IMG/VR virus record: IMGVR_UViG_3300021404_000006
Span: 32,001 to 96,000 of that record
Direction: 5' to 3' (one strand)
Source: a virus
DNA length: 64,000 nt
Shown here: in pieces, positions 1 through 8,984 of the stretch
Numbering within the stretch: position 1 is the stretch's first letter
Layout of the letters: the number at the start of each line of letters is the position of its first letter
Notes under the pieces: model-generated
Database searches by the model: none
Seen by the model: only the letters and a program-made list of their open reading frames with translations
What the model was told of the DNA's origin: nothing
Position numbers and translations under genes: made by a program

Positions 1-139
1 TGTCGTTCTACGGCGGATTCGTTTACCGAGACACGACTGACGAACTTCAAATCGCCTGGTCGGGTGGTACGCAGTAGAAAGCTTAACTCATAGAATTAGC
101 AGGAGGATTGCGCCTGGGCGGAATAGGAGGTGATGACCT

Positions 140-3100
140 GTGGCCGTCGCCTTTGATGTCGCAGGTGGCGGCAGCGGTACTTCCAGCAGCACTACCTACA
201 ACTGGACGCACACCGTAGGCGGCGGTGTCACCAACGGTGCGATCCTTGTCGGGGTTGCCACAGACGCTAGCGCTGACGGCGCGCTCACCACCACCGTCAC
301 TATCGGCGGAACAACCGCCACATCTCTCGGCAAGATCCACTGCGACAACACCACGCAGGGATACCTGCAAGTCTTCGGCCTGGCAACCGGGTCAACCACA
401 GGCTCCGTAGCAATCGCAACCACCGTGTCCGGTGGTACGCCCACCGACATCAACGGCGGCTCGCTGTCGTTCTCCGGTGTCAACCAGACCACCCCGTTCA
501 TCAACACCCTTACATCGCCAGCAGTAAACAACGGATGGGGTTCGGGCACTACCCCGTCAGGTACCACCCCCGGAGCCACGACCAGCGGCAACCTCGTCGC
601 CGGCTTCTGTGCCAACGGTAGCGCTATTGCGAGCGCCACCTCGCCGTCCACATCTCAGTTCATCGACAACTTCAAGACCACCGGCGACTTCGCGGCTGGC
701 TGCTCAGCAGGAGCAACCAGCGCGGCTACCGGCTCAGCCGTCACGATGGCTTGGACGGTTACCAGCGACTTTTGGGCTGTGCTCGTTACCGAAGTTCAGG
801 CAGCAGCGCCCACCTCAGCACCGCAGATTCCCCCACAGCCAGGCAGCAAGCAGTGGCAGCGCAGGCACCATCGCCATCAGCAGATAATTTCTGCGCCGCA
901 GCAGCTCATCACCCTTGACGCCTCAACCCCGGCAGCAGTCGATAACGTCAGCAGCGTCAGCACAACCGCCACCACCGCGTCATTCTCGCCCCCAGCTAAC
1001 TCGATGGTGGTTGTAGCGGTCGATGTCGGTCTCTTGTCATCGAACGCGACGATGACGATGACGCTGGCGGACTCGCTGTCGAACTCGTATACAGCAGGCC
1101 CGAACATCTGGGCGTTCTCAAATAACGGCGTCTGGTACTTCACCCACTACTACTCGTCTGCCCCCGGCTCGATCACCCTCACCGCGACGCGTAGTTTCGC
1201 CGGCCAGGGATTGTTCTCCGTGAAGACAATGGTGCTGAACGGGGCGAACAGCAATCAGAGCGGGGCGGCGGCCCCATCCGCCACTAGCGGTAACAACGCC
1301 ACGCTGGAAAGTTCCATCACCCCGACCCAGCTCAGTAGCTGGTGCTTCGCTACTACCTCCTCCAACGCGCTAGCGGGTACCGCAGCCGGGCTCACCGAAG
1401 ACCACAACTTCCACGACGGCACAAATGGCGCTCTTGCCACGCTGGGTCACGTCAACACGTCTAGCCTAAGCCCGGAGACGATTGGGTGGACCGCTACCGC
1501 ATCAGTGTTCTGGGCATGGGCAGGGCTTGAGATCCTGCCCGCATCCCCCGGCGGCGGCCTGACTGTCAGCGCTGGACTGGCTACAGCTACCGGAACTGCA
1601 CTTGACAGCAGCGGGGGCATGGCTGTCGGTATTACCTCTACGCTCGCTACAGGCACGGGTACTTCGCTCGCTCCTGCTGTCGGCCTTACTCCCGGCCTGG
1701 CTACAGGTGTAAGCGATACGGGCCAGTACGGCGGCGGCCCTAGCGGTATCGCTCTTGATGCTTCTACCCCCACAGCCGGATACAGCTCCTCCTTCGCACA
1801 CACGCCGTTGTGGACATCAGGCGAAGTATGGGGGGCCAACCCGCCTACCTTCACCCCGCCGGCAAAGTCCCTTGTCGTGGTGATGGCGAACATCGGATTC
1901 GGATCTGGTGCTGCCGGAACGTTTACGGTCACGGACGGGTCCAACACCTACACCAACTCCGCGACGATCAGCAATACCACCGCCACTACCGCCGTGCTAA
2001 TCGCCCAGTTCTACTACACCACGTCGCCGGGCGCTATCACGGTTACCATGTCCAACAGCAACACGACTATCAACAAGGACTACTTCCTGTTCGTCCAGGT
2101 ACTCACGGGGGCAGCAGCAAGCCAGACCGGCGCGGCTAGTTCAGCGATCTCGTCTGGTGCCACAACGTCCTTCGCGGTGAACAACTCGCTGACCCCGACC
2201 CAGACTGGCTCCTGGGTGTACGTTATCGGCAACAACGGCGGCTCAACTACGGGAGCAGCGGTCACCGGGACGACCACGGCGCTAACCGACAGCGGCGGCC
2301 ACCTGGCTTCCGGCGGGTACTTCAGCGACGCGTCGAACTCGGTGGATCAGTTCACCTGGGGCAAGTACAGCGCTAACCCCACAACGTCGCTGTCCGCACT
2401 GACCCTCGGCTGGACCTATTCCGGCGGCACCGCCGGGGCCAATACCTGGGCCGCGCTGGAGATCCTGCCTGATCTTACTGCCGGCGCTGGAACGTCCGTA
2501 GCCATAGGTATTACCCCTGCACTGGCCACAGGTACCGGCGGTGCCGGCAACATTACGGTTCTCTCCCCCGGCATCAGCGCAGGCCTGGCTACGGGTACAG
2601 GTACGGCCTTCGGTATCTCGATCGTAATTAATGCCGGGCTCGCTACAGGCACAGGTACTGCTTTTGCCCCGGGCATAGGAATTACGGCCGGCCTGGCTAC
2701 TGCTACGGGTACGGCGTTGGGGGCTAGTTACAGCATTACCCCGGCGCTTGCTACAGGTACGGGTGCCGCTCTCGCACCTGGTGTCGGCATTATTCCTGGC
2801 CTGGCCTCCGGTGTCGGTGCGGCTAACGCACCTAACATTGGCTTTACCCCGGGGCTCGCTACAGGTGCTGGCGCGGCACCGGGGATTTCGCAGGCTGTTA
2901 ACGCCGGGCTTGCTACAGGCACGGGTAATGCTTTTGCCCCTGCTGTCGGTCTCACTCCTGCCCTGGCTACTGCCACAGGTACGGCATCCGGTATTTCTAT
3001 CCGGATTAACGCTGGGCTAGCTACAGGCACAGGTGCCGCTCTTGCCCCTGCTGTCGGCCTTACCCCGGGCCTTGCTACAGGCACGGGCAATGCGGGCGGT

Positions 3101-4777
3101 ATCTCGATCCGGGTCAACGCCGGACTTGCCACTGGTACAGGCACAGCAGGCAACATTACTGTTCAGGCTCCAGGCATAAGCGCCGGGCTGGCTACTGCGA
3201 CAGGTACCGCAGGCGGGATCTCGATCGTAGTTAACGCAGGCCTTGCTACAGGCACTGGTACCGCAGGCAGCATCTCCATCCGGGTCAACGCCGGGCTCGC
3301 CACGGCCACGGGTACCGCACAGCCTGTCGCGGAGGCGACATTCTCCTTCTTCGCCGGACAGACCGGCCCGTCTTCTCCAAATGCATACACAGGTCCGTAC
3401 ATTGCCGCGCTCTCCTTCAAGGCAACTTCGTCGGGAACCTGGTTCTACAGTTACAGGTACTGGTGCCCTCCGGGCGGTGACACCGGCTCGCAGAAATTCG
3501 CACTGTGGATCGCAACGTCCAGCACAACCGGGAACCTTATTTCTGGTTCGGTAATCAACTCGGGCACGCTGACAACCGGGTGGAACGTCGTCACGCTGCC
3601 GACTCCCCTTCCGCTTACTTCCGGCGTTACTTACGTAGCGTGCACAGGCTGGACCGTTGTCAACGGATTCCCCTATACCGGGTTCCAGTTTGGCAGCGGC
3701 AACCCGTATTCCAGCGGCATCACCAGCGGGCCGATTTTCGCGTTCGCTGACGGAACCAGCGGCGGCTCTCCAGGTGAGCCAAACGGATTGCCGCAGTCTG
3801 TGTTCTCTACGACCTCCGCAGACCCGTCTACGAGCTTCCCGACGCAGGGATTTGATAGCAATTACCTCTGGATAGACGTAGCTGTATCAACCGGCGCACC
3901 CCCTGTTTCCCTCGCCGGGCTTGCTACAGGCACAGGTAGTGCTCTTCCTCCTGCGGTCGGTATCACAGCCGGGCTGGCTACGGCCACGGGGAGTGCTCTT
4001 GCTCCTGCTGTCGGTATTACCGCAGGACTCGCTACAGGCACCGGCACGGCATTCGCGCCGACTGTTCCTCGTACCCCAGGTCTTGCTACAGGCACAGGCA
4101 CGGCATCCGGTATCTCTGTTCGCGTAAACGCAGGCCTGGCTACGGGTACAGGATCTGCTCTTGCTCCTGTTGTTCTCCACCGGGCTAATGTCGATTTCAC
4201 TGGCAGCACGCTCGTGGACCCGAATACTCTGGGCGGCACGCTTTCCATAGCAGCTTTGGGCGGTACTCTTTCCGCCGCTAATACCCTGGGGGGCACGCTT
4301 TCTATAGCGCTTCTAGGCGGTACTCTTTCCGCTGCTAATACCTTGGGTGGCACTGCTTCTGTTACAACCAACACCCTTACAGGTACTCTTAGCGTAGCGG
4401 TAAATGCCCTTAGCGGAACGGATGTGACGGACAAGATGCAGGAAGTAGATATCATCCTCAACGAATTCAACGACGCCACTGTCACGTTCCAGATCCTGAA
4501 CAACGGCAGCCCGATGAACATCACGGGTATGACCGTCAACGCGCTGTTCAAGAAGACCCGGGGTGACCTGGACAGCGCAGGTACTACGAAGACCTACAGC
4601 TCGGCTGGCGGCTCTCCTGCCATTACCATAAACACGCCGACAACGGGATCGTGTACGCTGGCAGTTCCTGACGCTGATGTAGTTTACCCGAATATGACTT
4701 TCTACCGGATTGACGTGGTAAACGGCACTGTAACTACTACTGCCATCTTCGGTACCGTGACTATCATACAGCTGTAA
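140..4777 (+). CDS. Giant repetitive virion surface/fibre protein (N-terminal beta domains, GLATGTG repeats, DUF4082-like domain, BppU-like C-terminus)
   Basis: 1545-aa Gly/Ala/Thr/Ser-rich ORF, GGAGG RBS before GTG. Many (A/P)GLAT(G/A)TG repeats, a YRYW...KFALW...GWN...NYLWIDV segment resembling DUF4082, located in the structural module. Confidence 0.75.
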   Translation: MAVAFDVAGGGSGTSSSTTYNWTHTVGGGVTNGAILVGVATDASADGALTTTVTIGGTTATSLGKIHCDNTTQGYLQVFGLATGSTTGSVAIATTVSGGTPTDINGGSLSFSGVNQTTPFINTLTSPAVNNGWGSGTTPSGTTPGATTSGNLVAGFCANGSAIASATSPSTSQFIDNFKTTGDFAAGCSAGATSAATGSAVTMAWTVTSDFWAVLVTEVQAAAPTSAPQIPPQPGSKQWQRRHHRHQQIISAPQQLITLDASTPAAVDNVSSVSTTATTASFSPPANSMVVVAVDVGLLSSNATMTMTLADSLSNSYTAGPNIWAFSNNGVWYFTHYYSSAPGSITLTATRSFAGQGLFSVKTMVLNGANSNQSGAAAPSATSGNNATLESSITPTQLSSWCFATTSSNALAGTAAGLTEDHNFHDGTNGALATLGHVNTSSLSPETIGWTATASVFWAWAGLEILPASPGGGLTVSAGLATATGTALDSSGGMAVGITSTLATGTGTSLAPAVGLTPGLATGVSDTGQYGGGPSGIALDASTPTAGYSSSFAHTPLWTSGEVWGANPPTFTPPAKSLVVVMANIGFGSGAAGTFTVTDGSNTYTNSATISNTTATTAVLIAQFYYTTSPGAITVTMSNSNTTINKDYFLFVQVLTGAAASQTGAASSAISSGATTSFAVNNSLTPTQTGSWVYVIGNNGGSTTGAAVTGTTTALTDSGGHLASGGYFSDASNSVDQFTWGKYSANPTTSLSALTLGWTYSGGTAGANTWAALEILPDLTAGAGTSVAIGITPALATGTGGAGNITVLSPGISAGLATGTGTAFGISIVINAGLATGTGTAFAPGIGITAGLATATGTALGASYSITPALATGTGAALAPGVGIIPGLASGVGAANAPNIGFTPGLATGAGAAPGISQAVNAGLATGTGNAFAPAVGLTPALATATGTASGISIRINAGLATGTGAALAPAVGLTPGLATGTGNAGGISIRVNAGLATGTGTAGNITVQAPGISAGLATATGTAGGISIVVNAGLATGTGTAGSISIRVNAGLATATGTAQPVAEATFSFFAGQTGPSSPNAYTGPYIAALSFKATSSGTWFYSYRYWCPPGGDTGSQKFALWIATSSTTGNLISGSVINSGTLTTGWNVVTLPTPLPLTSGVTYVACTGWTVVNGFPYTGFQFGSGNPYSSGITSGPIFAFADGTSGGSPGEPNGLPQSVFSTTSADPSTSFPTQGFDSNYLWIDVAVSTGAPPVSLAGLATGTGSALPPAVGITAGLATATGSALAPAVGITAGLATGTGTAFAPTVPRTPGLATGTGTASGISVRVNAGLATGTGSALAPVVLHRANVDFTGSTLVDPNTLGGTLSIAALGGTLSAANTLGGTLSIALLGGTLSAANTLGGTASVTTNTLTGTLSVAVNALSGTDVTDKMQEVDIILNEFNDATVTFQILNNGSPMNITGMTVNALFKKTRGDLDSAGTTKTYSSAGGSPAITINTPTTGSCTLAVPDADVVYPNMTFYRIDVVNGTVTTTAIFGTVTIIQL

Positions 4778-4785
4778 GGGGAACT

Positions 4786-5775
4786 GTGACTAACGCGCCG
4801 ATTTATTACGACACTGCCGATCAGGTAGTGCCGATTACTGTTGCCTTCACCAAGGCTGACGGCACCCCTACTTCCCCTGCCTCGGTAGCTGTCGTAGTCA
4901 CTGATCCTCACGGTACTGCCACTACTTATACTTACGTTGGCGGGAACGTTGACCCGAACGCGGTTGTCAGTGACGGCAGCGGGACATTCCACGTCTGGCT
5001 TACCAACCCGGCCACTTCCGGCTTGTGGACTTACGTGTGGATGGGCTCTGGCGGCGCGGTAGCCCAGGGATTCCAGGTACTCACCGGCACCTTCCGCGTG
5101 CTCTCCTACAATGACACCGGCCTGGGAATGACCACCTGGTACTGCTCGAAGGAAGAGCTGAAGTCCAGGCTCCAGATCGCGGCGACCGACACTAAAGACG
5201 ACTACGAAATCCAGCTCGCCATTCAGGCCGTGACCGACTGGATTACCACGTACACCGGAAGGCATTTTTACCGTGTCTCCGAAGTCCGGACCTACGTGCC
5301 TACCAACGTGTGGAACCTGGAGGTCGATGACCTGGTTACCTGTACCAGCCTTGACCTTGACTACGACGGAGACGGCATTTACGAGGTCCACTGGACAGAG
5401 AACGTCAACTTCCAGATCTTGCGCTATCCCGCCAATCACAACCAGCACGACGCCGGCGTAGCCCGCCCGAACAACTACATCCAGGTAACCTCAGGAACTC
5501 CCGGCAATCCGGCTGGCGGCCAGTGGTTCCCGTGGCTCTGGCCTTTCACGCGCCAGGACAGGGTAAAGATCACCGGAATATGGGGCTGGCCTGATGTTCC
5601 CCCGAACGTTACGATGGCCGCGCTAATTCTCGCCTCTGACCTTTTCAAGGCTAAGGACGCTCCGTGGGGCGTAGCCGGAATCGGTGACATGGGAATGGTA
5701 AAAGTGCAGTCTAACCCGTGGGTGGTAGAGTTGCTAAGGCCGTACATAAACGTGTCTGCAAAAGTAGGAGTATAA
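4786..5775 (+). CDS. Head-to-tail adaptor with extra N-terminal domain
   Basis: YCSKEELKSRL...DDYEIQLAIQAVTDWITTYTGRHF and VPPNVTMAALILASDLFK motifs typical of gp6/gp15-like adaptors. Confidence 0.75.
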   Translation: MTNAPIYYDTADQVVPITVAFTKADGTPTSPASVAVVVTDPHGTATTYTYVGGNVDPNAVVSDGSGTFHVWLTNPATSGLWTYVWMGSGGAVAQGFQVLTGTFRVLSYNDTGLGMTTWYCSKEELKSRLQIAATDTKDDYEIQLAIQAVTDWITTYTGRHFYRVSEVRTYVPTNVWNLEVDDLVTCTSLDLDYDGDGIYEVHWTENVNFQILRYPANHNQHDAGVARPNNYIQVTSGTPGNPAGGQWFPWLWPFTRQDRVKITGIWGWPDVPPNVTMAALILASDLFKAKDAPWGVAGIGDMGMVKVQSNPWVVELLRPYINVSAKVGV

Positions 5776-5778
5776 ATC

Positions 5779-6042
5779 GTGAGTGACGAAGCCCGGATTA
5801 CCATGCGGTGTGATTCTTGCTTCCAGCTGGACACTGACCCGCGCCACCACGTTCTCCAGGAGGACGGATCGGTGCAGACCATGCACATGGACTGCTGCCG
5901 GGACAGCGGAAGTTGCGTTGATGACCACTGCCACAGGATTCTCACTGCCAGCGGCGAGAAGCGAGGCGACGAGCTGCTTCTGCACATTCTCCTGAACGGG
6001 AAGCCTCAGACAGAGCCGGTTACCTTGGAAGAGGAGGAGTAA
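5779..6042 (+). CDS. Small Cys/His-rich hypothetical protein
   Basis: 87-aa ORF tightly packed between neighbours; CDSC...HH...HMDCC...HCH. Confidence 0.6.
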   Translation: MSDEARITMRCDSCFQLDTDPRHHVLQEDGSVQTMHMDCCRDSGSCVDDHCHRILTASGEKRGDELLLHILLNGKPQTEPVTLEEEE

Positions 6043-6476
6043 TGGCTAGCGGTATGGCCTCCGGTGTAGCGGTCTCCTGCATTAACGGAATGATCGGCAA
6101 GACTGCTTTCGGTGCGTTCGGCGGGACCGCCACCAAGCTCAAGCTGATGTCCACGGCGGCTAACGAAGGCGCTGACGGCACTGAGATCTCCGGTGGTTCT
6201 TATCCTGCCGGCGGTATCTCGGCTACGGTATCCACTACATTCGGTGCAGGATCTTACGCCCTGGGCGTAGCTACCATTACCAACTCCGGCGCGGCTATCA
6301 GCCAGTCCAACATGCCTACGGTTGTAAGCCCCGGCGTAGTATCCGCTTCGCTCTGGGACACGGGCACCACGCCTGTTCGCTGGTGGTGGGGCGACCTTAC
6401 GACTGGTGTCGCAACCAACCTCGGGGACACCCTTACCTTCAATACCTCCTCGGTAACTATCCAGCTGAACGTGTAG
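6042..6476 (+). CDS. Putative virion structural protein
   Basis: GAGGAG RBS, TAATG coupling, G/T/S-rich beta protein with a GTEISGGSY motif. Confidence 0.6.
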   Translation: MASGMASGVAVSCINGMIGKTAFGAFGGTATKLKLMSTAANEGADGTEISGGSYPAGGISATVSTTFGAGSYALGVATITNSGAAISQSNMPTVVSPGVVSASLWDTGTTPVRWWWGDLTTGVATNLGDTLTFNTSSVTIQLNV

Positions 6477-6489
6477 GCAGGAACTTATT

Positions 6490-6750
6490 GTGCACGCTGT
6501 CAGTATGAAATCGTGGTATGACCAGGTAGATAGTGATTTTGACACACTCTGTCGGCTGTGGGCAGAAGATTGGCCTTGGAATCCTCCTCAGGACTTGCCT
6601 AAATATCACGGTGCTCAGGCAGCTTGGAACAGGCTAGAAGTCGCACACAAGCGCTCTGCTCCGGTAACTATTTTTCCTGTATACGATCCTGAAGAGGATC
6701 TTCGGGCTATATTCGACGCCATGAAACGTGCAGCTGCTGGTAGTCTCTAG
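6490..6750 (+). CDS. Hypothetical protein
   Basis: ORF fills the gap in a co-oriented operon. Confidence 0.45.
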   Translation: MHAVSMKSWYDQVDSDFDTLCRLWAEDWPWNPPQDLPKYHGAQAAWNRLEVAHKRSAPVTIFPVYDPEEDLRAIFDAMKRAAAGSL

Positions 6751-6752
6751 TC

Positions 6753-6989
6753 ATGCGATTCATCTTCGGTATGGGCACCAAGCTTCTGGTGTGGGAAACT
6801 TCCGTGGCTAAGGTATCGATGCGCATTGCCGGAGAGCCTGCGGAAGACGACGACTACGAAGAGGACTTCAAGCACATTCCCCAGGACCCGCACAGCACCA
6901 ACGGCGCGCACCTTGAGATCTCCCCTGACGCCATCGGAGCCTACGGCAAGAGGAAAATGGGATTCAGTGGCAGCGAAAACGCCGGCTAA
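6753..6989 (+). CDS. Hypothetical protein
   Basis: 78-aa ORF directly after the previous stop. Confidence 0.4.
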   Translation: MRFIFGMGTKLLVWETSVAKVSMRIAGEPAEDDDYEEDFKHIPQDPHSTNGAHLEISPDAIGAYGKRKMGFSGSENAG

Positions 6990-7980
6990 GAAAGCCGCGC
7001 CTAAGAAGGCCCTTGTCAAGGCTTCGAAGGCGAAGACCAAAGCGAAGACCCGGTACACCAAGGCTCAGCGGAAGGCTTACAGGGCTGCTGCAAAGACAGC
7101 TGTTGCCAGGGCGAGGGCGGCTTCGAGGACAGCTGCGGCTAAGGCGAGGTTCATACAGAACGCCAAGGGAGTGCAGCACCGGAGGGCTGTGAAGGCCGCC
7201 CAGAGTAAGGCTAAGCCCGGCAGGAGCGGTAAGCGCCTTCAGCCTGTTTCCGGTAAGCAGGCGGTAATCCGGTTGAAGAGCCAGGCTGCCCAGGCTGCCG
7301 GCTACATGCGCAGGACGCAGGTTTACACCTACCAGCAGGCAGCCTTTCTCACAGGCCTGGCCACGCTGGCGGCTAACAGGAAAGCACTTGCCCGCGCACT
7401 GGCCCGGAAGAAGCTGAAGCCTAAGAAAGTATCGAAGAAGACAACAGCTAAGACGGCTCCGAGGCGTCCGTCGAAGTACGCGGCTGTCGGGGCGAAGGCA
7501 GGAGCGGCAGCGGCGGCCAGGGTTAAGCCCGTCAGGGCCAAGGCGGCATCGAAGACCAGGAAGGCAGCAGGAGGAGTAACCCCGCCGGTTAACGATCCTG
7601 AGTGGATCACGGCAGGCAATGACAAGGACGTAGAGAACTGCGTAGCCGTAGCCGTAGCCAATCACCTGCTGCTGCACACCGGATACAGGGTAAGCAAGCT
7701 GGAAGTCAGTTACCTTCTCTACCGGGACTCTGTGTGGAAGGCCCTTGAAGTACTCGATTACCACGAGGATGTCTGGAAAAAGGTAGGGCTCAGCGAGTAC
7801 GGCATGATAAACCCTGAAGACGCAGAACCGGGAGACATCATCGGATTCGAAACCCCTAACGGTTCTCACTGCGGAGTACTTATGCCTGATAACAAAGTGA
7901 TAAGCTGGGGCGAAGTAGTACCGCTTGAATCCACGATAGACGAGGCATGGCAGGTGACATGGACAGTGACAAGCCAGTAG
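6967..7980 (+). CDS. Histone-H1-like Lys/Ala/Arg-rich protein with C-terminal papain-like Cys-His domain
   Basis: Probable GTG start at 6967; AAKTPAKKAAPKK-type basic tract, then NCVAVAVAN...SHCGVL...ISWG. Confidence 0.6.
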   Translation: MAAKTPAKKAAPKKALVKASKAKTKAKTRYTKAQRKAYRAAAKTAVARARAASRTAAAKARFIQNAKGVQHRRAVKAAQSKAKPGRSGKRLQPVSGKQAVIRLKSQAAQAAGYMRRTQVYTYQQAAFLTGLATLAANRKALARALARKKLKPKKVSKKTTAKTAPRRPSKYAAVGAKAGAAAAARVKPVRAKAASKTRKAAGGVTPPVNDPEWITAGNDKDVENCVAVAVANHLLLHTGYRVSKLEVSYLLYRDSVWKALEVLDYHEDVWKKVGLSEYGMINPEDAEPGDIIGFETPNGSHCGVLMPDNKVISWGEVVPLESTIDEAWQVTWTVTSQ

Positions 7981-8171
7981 ATCCTGATACCGCACGCGAG
8001 GTTCAGGATGCCATGGACGAGGCTATGAAGGAAATGCGCGATGAGGGCGTTACCCAGCTAGCCAGGTACATGAAGAGCAACTACACGGCTTTCCGCAAGC
8101 AGGGTTTCAGCCGCAAGCAGTCGTTCTCCTTCACGATCCTGCTCTACCAGAATCTCCTTCTCCATGGCTAG
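7947..8171 (+). CDS. Hypothetical protein
   Basis: ORF overlapping both neighbours in the operon. Confidence 0.5.
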   Translation: MAGDMDSDKPVDPDTAREVQDAMDEAMKEMRDEGVTQLARYMKSNYTAFRKQGFSRKQSFSFTILLYQNLLLHG

Positions 8172-8625
8172 CGTCAACCAGGTGAAGACAGCCCTGGCCG
8201 CGCAGATCCAGGCGCATACCGGGCTGACTACTCTGTCGCTCATGCCTGATCAGATCAACCCGCCGATAGCGGTAATTCTTCCCGGTGCACCTTACATCAA
8301 GTACGGCGTTACGCTGGGGGATTCTCTCATCGGACTGCCTCACGCCGTTCCGGTGCCTGCTGATATCAACCTGGTAATCTGCGTCTTCACCTCACGGGCA
8401 CCGTCTCTTGAGCGCGCTCAGCAGTCCGTAGACCAGTACCTGGGGCTTGAGCCGTCTGACACGGTAACGTCTATCCCCCTCGCCATATTCGCTGATCCTA
8501 CTCTCGGCAGGATTGTCGAGTACTGCGAGCCGTTGCAGGTAATCGCTTACGGAGACATTGAGATTGCCGGGCAGACCTATTTCCAGGGCAGGATCTCTGT
8601 AACCGCTTCTGTTGTACAGAGTTAG
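8164..8625 (+). CDS. Tail terminator protein
   Basis: Size, position, and PDQINPP...SIPLAIFADPTLG motifs typical of actinophage tail terminators. Confidence 0.65.
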   Translation: MASVNQVKTALAAQIQAHTGLTTLSLMPDQINPPIAVILPGAPYIKYGVTLGDSLIGLPHAVPVPADINLVICVFTSRAPSLERAQQSVDQYLGLEPSDTVTSIPLAIFADPTLGRIVEYCEPLQVIAYGDIEIAGQTYFQGRISVTASVVQS

Positions 8626-8633
8626 GAGTTTCC

Positions 8634-8984
8634 ATGGGATGGGCAAGCGGAGGCTATATCTTCGATGCGCTCTGCGAAGAACTTCAGAAATCCTTCCTGG
8701 TGCCTGCGACCAGGAAAAAGGTGCTTGTCAGGTTGATCAAGGCTCTTCAGCAGAATGACTGGGACACCGAGGGCGAGAGCCTTGACCAGTTCAAGGGTGA
8801 CAAGGTGGTCGTAGACGCATTCAGGGAATGCGGTGTCTATCTCTGGGGCACTCCTGAATGGGATCAGGCTTACGGCGAGAACTCCTTCGCTGAGAAAATA
8901 AATCTGGATACTGCGGGCACGCGCGAGGTAATACCTGAGTACGAAGAAGACGACGACTACCGGGAATTTAGGGGGCGCTGGTAA
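8634..8984 (+). CDS. Hypothetical protein
   Basis: AGGAG RBS, coupled to the next gene. Confidence 0.6.
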   Translation: MGWASGGYIFDALCEELQKSFLVPATRKKVLVRLIKALQQNDWDTEGESLDQFKGDKVVVDAFRECGVYLWGTPEWDQAYGENSFAEKINLDTAGTREVIPEYEEDDDYREFRGRW

